DNA of 64,000 nucleotides from an uncultured Chlorobiaceae bacterium (lineage in GTDB: Bacteria; Bacteroidota; Ignavibacteria; UBA10030; SZUA-254): contig CAYPFY010000003.1 in assembly GCA_964410105.1 (NCBI GenBank), positions 16,754 through 80,753 of the forward strand. The letters are read 5' to 3'. Shown here one piece after another: positions 58,358 through 64,000 of the stretch. The notes beneath the pieces were generated by a model. The model was not told the origin of the DNA, searched no databases, and worked only from the letters and a program-made list of their open reading frames with translations. How positions within the stretch are numbered: position 1 is the stretch's first letter; every line of letters begins with the position of its first letter. Position numbers and translations under genes: made by a program.

Positions 58358-59965
58358 TTAGCGCTTTGTGAAGTCCTTGATGATTTTATCGACCTCCTCC
58401 TCCGAGATGCCGGTGCCGAGCTTAGAGCTGGATTTGGCCGCTGGCGGCGGCGGCACGGCGTCCGATTTTTTGGGCGCATTGCTCGCCTTCAGCCGGATTC
58501 TTTCGTCGATCTCCTCCATCCACGATTTTCCACCTTTTGCCGGTGTTTCCCGCTGTGCCGGCGGCCCCGGTGCGGGAGCGCTCCGCACTTCCTGGGGAGC
58601 GTCAGGCGGATTGATCGGACGTGTCTCGAAGGCCAGCCTTTTGACGTTGAACATGTGCTTGGCCGAAACGTTCTCTGAAATAATCGATCCGCCAAATGTC
58701 CCCGGCCCGAGCGTCATCGACGGCAGGAGCTCATTTGTGTACCCGACAGCGCCGAGCGCCGCCTGCGTATTGACGAGGACCCTGAAGGCCGGCTTTTCAA
58801 GCGCGAATTTCATGATGATATCCTCGTCCATCGAGTGGATCACCATCGTATGCCCGATCCCGCCGAATTCAAGGAGCTCGACGCAGCGTTCGCAACCCTC
58901 GCGCCAGTTTTCAACCGTGTAAAAAGAAAGGACGGGCGAAAGCTTTTCACGCGAGAGGGGGTGAGATCTTCCCACCTCCTGAAGTTCCGCGATCAATACC
59001 TGCGTATCTCCGGGGACGCTGATCCCAGCGTTCTGGGCGATGAATGTCGCCGGCTTTCCCACCATGTTCGGGTTGATGGCCCCTCGGGAATCAAACATGA
59101 GCCGTCCCAGTTTTTCCTTGTCGTCTCCTTCCACGAAGTGACATTTGCGGCGTTTGAGTTCCTCGACGACGACGGTTTTTACGGATGAATCGACGACGAC
59201 CGATGCCTCGGTCGAACAGAGGACCCCGAGGTCGAAGATTTTTCCGGAAACGACGTCCGCAACCGCTTTGCGGAGATTTGCGGTTTTTTCAATGTAGGCC
59301 GGCACATTTCCCGACCCCACCCCGTAGGCGGGCTTACCGGAGCTGTACGCGGAACGGACCATGGGATTGCTTCCCGTGGCAAGGATGATCGAGACGAGCT
59401 TGTGTTTCATCAGTTCGTTCGTGGCCTCAATCGTCGGGTTCGAGAGGCAGGACATCAGCCCCTGGGGGGCCCCGGCGGCCCCCGCTGCCTGGGCGATGCA
59501 ATTCATCGCCTCGACCGTGCACCGTGCAGCCCGGGGATGGGGACTGGCAACAATGGCGTTTCGTCCTTTGACGGAGATGATTGCCTTGAACATGACGGTC
59601 GAGGTCGGGTTCGTGGAAGGGATGAGGGCCGCGACCACTCCCATCGGCTCTGCAATCTCGATGATCTTTTTCTCCCTGTCTTCCCGGATGACGCCGACCG
59701 ACCGGAGGTCTTTGATCGATTCCCACACGCGTCGCGTCGCAAATTCGTTTTTCTTCCTCTTGTCCTCGGATTTGCCGAATCCCGTCTCCTCGTGGGCCAT
59801 CCGGCCGAGACGCTCCGCCGCTTCAAACCCCGCATCGGCCATGGCCTTCACGATCCTGTCAACGCGCACCTGGTCGTAGGCGCGGAATTCTCCCTGCGCC
59901 TGCTTCGCCTTCTGGACGAGATCGCGCATTTCCTGTATGGATTGAAGATCCTTGTCAAGCGCCAT
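58358..59965 (-). CDS. CoA-acylating aldehyde dehydrogenase, EutE/PduP family, with a C-terminal extension of about 95 aa
   Basis: About 440 aa align to the EutE/PduP architecture. The catalytic Cys lies in GVLCSTEASVV. The N-terminus MALDKDLQSIQEMRDLVQKAKQAQGEF is like EutE. After the domain ends (…NVKRLAFETRP), a Pro-rich linker (INPPDAPQEVRSAPAPGPPAQRETP) precedes two short amphipathic helical segments, SWMEEIDERIRLKA and GISEEEVDKIIKDFTKR. Confidence 0.75.
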   Translation of the reverse strand: MALDKDLQSIQEMRDLVQKAKQAQGEFRAYDQVRVDRIVKAMADAGFEAAERLGRMAHEETGFGKSEDKRKKNEFATRRVWESIKDLRSVGVIREDREKKIIEIAEPMGVVAALIPSTNPTSTVMFKAIISVKGRNAIVASPHPRAARCTVEAMNCIAQAAGAAGAPQGLMSCLSNPTIEATNELMKHKLVSIILATGSNPMVRSAYSSGKPAYGVGSGNVPAYIEKTANLRKAVADVVSGKIFDLGVLCSTEASVVVDSSVKTVVVEELKRRKCHFVEGDDKEKLGRLMFDSRGAINPNMVGKPATFIAQNAGISVPGDTQVLIAELQEVGRSHPLSREKLSPVLSFYTVENWREGCERCVELLEFGGIGHTMVIHSMDEDIIMKFALEKPAFRVLVNTQAALGAVGYTNELLPSMTLGPGTFGGSIISENVSAKHMFNVKRLAFETRPINPPDAPQEVRSAPAPGPPAQRETPAKGGKSWMEEIDERIRLKASNAPKKSDAVPPPPAAKSSSKLGTGISEEEVDKIIKDFTKR

Positions 59966-59976
59966 GAAAACCTCCT

Positions 59977-60414
59977 TTAAACCTCGGTGAGCTGGCCCGA
60001 TGTCCAGAGAAACAATCCGGTCCGATCATCCTGTGACCGAGACAATGGGTCTCCCTCGAATTCGTCAATGAAAACTTCAAGGGCGAAGAGTTTCGTCCCC
60101 GGGAGGACATGCCCGCCAAACACGCGTCCCTGAAAATCGCCGAGAAGAACATGGACGTGGACGAACGGCTTACCGTCCCGCACGCTGACGTTTCCGCTCA
60201 GGCTGAGGATCTCCATGCCCCCCGGGAATTCCATCGGATTGTACCTTTTCGTTCCCTGGTCGTAATAGGCGACGACGGCATGAGTCGTCGCGCCGATCGC
60301 CTGTATCCGCCCCAGCCGGATTTTTTCACGTTGGACGATTTCGGTGAGTCCCTCGAGCAGGTCTGCGCCCAGCGGCAGCTGACCCATGATCGTTCGCTTG
60401 ACGGTGTAGTTCAT
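59977..60414 (-). CDS. DUF296 / PPC-domain protein
   Basis: 145 aa. The protein contains RLGRIQAIGATTHAVVAYYDQ...VHVHVLLGDFQGRVFGGHVLPGTKLFALEVFI, typical of the PCC/DUF296 beta-fold. Confidence 0.6.
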   Translation of the reverse strand: MNYTVKRTIMGQLPLGADLLEGLTEIVQREKIRLGRIQAIGATTHAVVAYYDQGTKRYNPMEFPGGMEILSLSGNVSVRDGKPFVHVHVLLGDFQGRVFGGHVLPGTKLFALEVFIDEFEGDPLSRSQDDRTGLFLWTSGQLTEV

Positions 60415-61481
60415 CAGTTGCCGATTGCGGGGAATTCAAGCGCCTGCTGACCTGAAGCCGGAAGGGGGGAGCGCGGGATGTTGAAATGGGTGTAGGCGAG
60501 ATCCGTGGCCTCCCGGCCGCGCGGCGTCCGGACCATGAATCCTTCCTGAATCAGGTAAGGCTCATAAACCTCTTCGATCGTCCCGGGTTCTTCACCTACC
60601 GCGACCGCAAGGGTGTTGACTCCGACCGGCCCCCCGGCATATTTTTCCACGATCGTCCTCAAAATGCGCTTGTCCATCTCGTCGAGCCCGTGATCGTCGA
60701 CCTCGAGCTTGTTGAGGGAATAGACAGCCACATTCTTTGTGATCACGCCGCCGTATTTTTCCAGAGATTCCTCCACCTGGGCAAAGTCCCTGCACCTTTT
60801 CAGGAGCCTGTTGGCGATTCGCGGTGTTCCGCGTGAGCGCCGTGAGATCTCGCTCGAACCATCCCCGTCGATCCCGACGCTCAGGATCGCCGCGGAACGG
60901 GTGATGATGCGGCGCAGATCCTCCGGGCCGTAGTAATCCAGCCTGTTTGTTACGCCGAACCGGGATCTCAAGGGGGCGGAAAGGAGTCCCGCGCGCGTCG
61001 TTGCGCCCACAAGCGTGAACCGGGGTAGGCTGAGTTGAACGCTCCGGGCATTCGGACCGCTGTCGATGACGATGTCGATCCTGAAATCCTCCATGGCCGA
61101 ATAGAGGTATTCTTCGACGATCGGGTTCAGCCGGTGGATCTCGTCGATGAAGAGGACATCCCCGGTCTGGAGATTAGTGAGGACGCCGGCAAGGTTATAC
61201 GGTTTGTCGAGCGCCGGACCTGACGTCGACCGGATCTGTACACCCATCTCGTTGGCGATGACGTATGCAAGGGTGGTCTTTCCCAGCCCCGGAGGCCCGG
61301 TGAGGAGGACGTGATCCAGATTCTCGGCCCGTTTTCGCGCGGCCGTGATGAAGATGCGGAGATTATCGACGATCTTTCTCTGGCCGACGAAATCGCTGAA
61401 CCGAACCGGACGCAATGTCCGGTCGAGCTCGGCTTCCGATTCAGCGCGCTCGGGCGATGTATGGTCTGATCGCTTCGACAT
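60414..61481 (-). CDS. ruvB: Holliday junction branch-migration ATPase RuvB
   Basis: The Walker A is [14 protein letters not shown] and the Walker B is [11 protein letters not shown]. Sensor and winged-helix segments are present. Confidence 0.95.
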   Translation of the reverse strand: MSKRSDHTSPERAESEAELDRTLRPVRFSDFVGQRKIVDNLRIFITAARKRAENLDHVLLTGPPGLGKTTLAYVIANEMGVQIRSTSGPALDKPYNLAGVLTNLQTGDVLFIDEIHRLNPIVEEYLYSAMEDFRIDIVIDSGPNARSVQLSLPRFTLVGATTRAGLLSAPLRSRFGVTNRLDYYGPEDLRRIITRSAAILSVGIDGDGSSEISRRSRGTPRIANRLLKRCRDFAQVEESLEKYGGVITKNVAVYSLNKLEVDDHGLDEMDKRILRTIVEKYAGGPVGVNTLAVAVGEEPGTIEEVYEPYLIQEGFMVRTPRGREATDLAYTHFNIPRSPLPASGQQALEFPAIGN

Positions 61482-61520
61482 GTGGAAAATGTACTGAGAT
61501 TGGATTTTAATTGCAAGAGC

Positions 61521-62111
61521 CTATTTCGAGGCGTGGTGGAGCGCGCGCTTGATCATCTCCTCCACAGGGAGATCCCCCTCCTCGGCGAGGACCTGCCTGA
61601 GCGCCTGCTCGGCACCCGAACGCGTATGGCCCAGCGACATAAGCGCGATGATCGCCTCCGATCGGCTCTTCAGCTGAGCGCTCGTCGCGGCGAGCGGGGG
61701 CTCCTTCGCCTTTCCAAGCTTGTCGCGAAGTTCCAGACAAATCCTCTCGGCCGTCTTTCTCCCGACTCCCGAAATTGCCGTCAACGCGGATATTTTCCCC
61801 GACCCGATCGCCTCACGGATCTCTGCCGTCGAGAGGCCGGACAAAATACCCTGGGCAATTTTTGGGCCTATCCCTGTGACCGAGATGAGGAGACGGAAGA
61901 TCTCTCGCTCAATCTCGGTCGCGAATCCGTAGAGCTGCATGATATCCTCCCGGACGTGGAGATACGTCAGAATCGTGGCCTGGCCGTCGGCCTGCTGCAA
62001 TTTTTCGTAGGTGGAAAGGGGGATGGTGACCGCGTAGCCGACCCCGTTAACGTCGATGACGAGCTCGGTCGGCGCCCTGCTGACGATTCTGCCGCGGAGG
62101 TAGGAGATCAT
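61521..62111 (-). CDS. ruvA: Holliday junction DNA helicase subunit RuvA
   Basis: The N-terminus MISYLRGRIVSRAPTELVIDVNGVGYAV, the HhH motifs LISVTGIGPKIAQGIL, and a C-terminal domain III are present. Confidence 0.9.
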   Translation of the reverse strand: MISYLRGRIVSRAPTELVIDVNGVGYAVTIPLSTYEKLQQADGQATILTYLHVREDIMQLYGFATEIEREIFRLLISVTGIGPKIAQGILSGLSTAEIREAIGSGKISALTAISGVGRKTAERICLELRDKLGKAKEPPLAATSAQLKSRSEAIIALMSLGHTRSGAEQALRQVLAEEGDLPVEEMIKRALHHASK

Positions 62112-62662
62112 GAGAATTTTTCAGGGTGGGAAGCGTAGTATGATTTCCAGCTTCGCGCCCGAAGGGCGGGTGCCGAAGAGCGCCTGTGCACGTGGCAGAT
62201 CGATACGGCGAGGGCATCCGCGGCATCATGCTGCATGGGGGCCTCCTCCAGGTGGAGCAAGGCCTGCACCATGAACTGGACCTGCTCTTTTGAAGCGCTT
62301 CCCCTCCCCACGATCGCTCTTTTGACCTCGCGGGGGGAGTATTCATGCGCCGGAATGTTTCGCGCAACCGCGGCAAGCAGCGCTGCGCCCCGTGCGTGCC
62401 CGAGCTTCAGGGCCGACTGGGCGTTCCGTCCGCAAAATGCCGTCTCAATGGCGAATGCGTCCGGTCGATACCGTTCGATGACCGCCTCCAGCTCGTCGAA
62501 AATCTTTTTGAGCCTCTCCGGCATGCTCGCCCGGCTGTCGCTGCGAACCACGCCGCAGGCGAGCATCCGGACCTCCGTCCCCCCCCGCTCTCCGGAGTCG
62601 GGAGCCTGGACGACGCCGTACCCCGTCTTGAGACTGCCGGGGTCAATGCCGAGAATGATCAT
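62108..62662 (-). CDS. ruvC: crossover junction endodeoxyribonuclease RuvC
   Basis: The N-terminus MIILGIDPGSLKTGYGVV has the catalytic Asp. It overlaps ruvA by 4 nt. Confidence 0.9.
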   Translation of the reverse strand: MIILGIDPGSLKTGYGVVQAPDSGERGGTEVRMLACGVVRSDSRASMPERLKKIFDELEAVIERYRPDAFAIETAFCGRNAQSALKLGHARGAALLAAVARNIPAHEYSPREVKRAIVGRGSASKEQVQFMVQALLHLEEAPMQHDAADALAVSICHVHRRSSAPALRARSWKSYYASHPEKFS

Positions 62663-62665
62663 CGG

Positions 62666-63418
62666 TCATTCAGCGCTGAATCCCGCCATGACTTTTTCGT
62701 CGATGTCGAAGTTCGAGAAAATGTGCTGCACGTCGTCATGCTCTTCCAGCGCCTCGATGAGCTTCAGGACCTGCTCCGCCTCCCTCCCCTCGACCCTCAC
62801 GGTGAGTTCCGGGAGCCTCTGAATCTCCGCCTCCTCCATGGGTATTCCCTTCGATTCGATCGCACGCCGGACAGCCTCAAAGTTCTCGGGCGAAGTGACG
62901 ATCTCGTAGAGCTCGTCCTCCGCGACCATGTCGTCGGCCCCGGAATCGATGATGATGTCCATGAGCTGATCCTCCGGGTACTTCGCCCTCAAGACCCGGA
63001 TGATCCCTTTCCTGTGAAAGAGGCGCGTCACGGAGTTCGTCGCCGCCAGTTTTCCGCTGGAACGCTCAAGGATATGCCTGATCTCGGCAACGGTTCTGTT
63101 CTTGTTGTCCGTCACCGACTCGATGATCAGGGCCACCCCCCCGGGCGCGAACCCTTCATACGTCACTTCCTCGTACGAAACGCCGGGCAATTCCCCGGTC
63201 CCGCGCTGGATCGCCCTCTTGATATTCTCGGCGGGCATGTTCGCAGCCTGCGCCTTCTCGACGGCGAGCCGGAGCCTCGGATTTCCGGAAACGTTTCCGC
63301 CTCCGTCGCGCGCGGAGATGGTCATTTCCTTGATAAGCCTCGTGAACAGGCGTCCCCGCCTCGCATCGTTTACCCCCTTCTTCCTCTTGATCTTCGCCCA
63401 CTTATTGTGACCTGACAT
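62666..63418 (-). CDS. yebC: YebC/PmpR family DNA-binding transcriptional regulator
   Basis: The internal Met start is used. MSGHNKWAKIKRKKGVNDARRGRLFTRLIKEMTISAR is the YebC N-terminal signature. It is the first gene of the yebC-ruvCAB operon. Confidence 0.85.
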   Translation of the reverse strand: MSGHNKWAKIKRKKGVNDARRGRLFTRLIKEMTISARDGGGNVSGNPRLRLAVEKAQAANMPAENIKRAIQRGTGELPGVSYEEVTYEGFAPGGVALIIESVTDNKNRTVAEIRHILERSSGKLAATNSVTRLFHRKGIIRVLRAKYPEDQLMDIIIDSGADDMVAEDELYEIVTSPENFEAVRRAIESKGIPMEEAEIQRLPELTVRVEGREAEQVLKLIEALEEHDDVQHIFSNFDIDEKVMAGFSAE

Positions 63419-63440
63419 GACGGCCTTCCTTTGCAAGAGG

Positions 63441-64000
63441 TTATTGTGGCGCCGCGACGGGCTCGGCACCCGTGCGGATATCCTTGATCTTCAGTTGCGG
63501 AAAACTCGGGCCCCCGGGGAGCGACGCCGCTTCGTACTCGTCGACGGAAAAGACGACATCGAGGTTTTTCCCGTAGGTCCGCACTTCGTCAATCAGCCCG
63601 CCCAGCCCGAACCCGATCGCATCGAGGACGCGCTCTCCCTGACGGAGCTTCATACGGAGGTGATCCTTGCCGACAATTTTCGGATTTCCGAGCATCTCGA
63701 CATGACGGGCGAGGAAGACGGGGCGCATGTTGCCGGGACCGAACGGGGCGAATTCGCGGAGCACCCGGACGAACCGGGGCGTGAGCTCGGAGAGGGTGAT
63801 CTCCGCATCGATCTTTATCTCGGGAGTTCTCATTTCTTCGGACATCAGCTCGTCGACGACGAGGTTGAAGGCTTCCCGGAATTCGTCAAGCCTGTCGAGC
63901 GCCACCGTGACCCCCGCCGCGTATTTGTGGCCGCCGAACTGGATGAGCTTGTCTTCAACGCGCTTCAGCGCCTTGTGGATGTCGAATCCCACGACGCTCC
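63441..64000 (-). CDS. recJ: single-stranded-DNA-specific exonuclease RecJ (partial, C-terminal portion; the gene continues past the right window edge)
   Basis: ...FGGHKYAAGVTVALDRLDEFREAF... is the DHHA1 domain GGH motif, followed by a RecJ C-terminal OB-like region. The ORF is open to position 64000. Confidence 0.7.
   Translation of the reverse strand, partial: SVVGFDIHKALKRVEDKLIQFGGHKYAAGVTVALDRLDEFREAFNLVVDELMSEEMRTPEIKIDAEITLSELTPRFVRVLREFAPFGPGNMRPVFLARHVEMLGNPKIVGKDHLRMKLRQGERVLDAIGFGLGGLIDEVRTYGKNLDVVFSVDEYEAASLPGGPSFPQLKIKDIRTGAEPVAAPQ

Noticed and set aside
58358-62000. Bacterial microcompartment locus around the EutE-like aldehyde dehydrogenase
   Set aside because: No BMC-H (about 90 aa, PF00936-like) or BMC-P shell ORFs, PTAC or alcohol dehydrogenase are in the vicinity. 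The neighbours are a DNA glycosylase, a DUF296 protein and ruvBAC. Only the C-terminal tail remains as an open question.

Overview
Bacterial chromosomal segment of about 58-62% GC in spot counts. It carries a T9SS C-terminal sorting domain, several BNR/Ycf48-like beta-propeller proteins and an 11-gene nuoABCDHIJKLMN complex I operon lacking nuoEFG, which together suggest an FCB-group organism (Bacteroidota, Ignavibacteriota, Rhodothermota or Gemmatimonadota-like); this taxonomic placement is inference only. The window is mostly core metabolism and housekeeping. Features from left to right:
- a partial alpha/beta hydrolase, TerC and citrate synthase;
- a minus-strand heme-biosynthesis supercluster (hemX-like, hemA, hemC, hemD, hemE, bfr, hemF, hemH, hemY);
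- an M20 peptidase, an FN3+BNR lipoprotein and a PduO-type adenosyltransferase;
- nuoA-N followed by an OmpR/histidine-kinase pair;
- coaX-birA, dnaK, clpB, an isoaspartyl peptidase, and rsmB-TPR lipoprotein-DUF58;
- uvrA;
- a 3-methyladenine DNA glycosylase, an EutE/PduP-type aldehyde dehydrogenase with an unusual C-terminal tail, and a DUF296 protein;
- ruvBAC, yebC and a partial recJ.
Two regions look accessory or novel.
(1) A lower-GC island of about 8 kb (about 38.4-46.2 kb, roughly 43-50% GC in spot counts). It holds a decayed gene at its left edge and two diverged direct repeats that are orphan 3' fragments of comM/yifB, which bracket a spondin-like lipoprotein plus a second OmpR/histidine-kinase pair. 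It also holds a transmembrane Ser/Thr kinase with TPR repeats. No integrase or transposase is present.
(2) A four-gene module at 49.1-57.6 kb: an unrecognisable 350-aa protein; a zf-HC2 anti-sigma-like membrane protein whose ectodomain is built of FG-GAP repeats; a secreted Ig-like plus 7xFG-GAP propeller protein; and a 1,420-aa multi-propeller BNR protein exported by T9SS. This is a candidate undescribed envelope sensing and signalling system.
No rRNA, tRNA, CRISPR or transposase was recognised.
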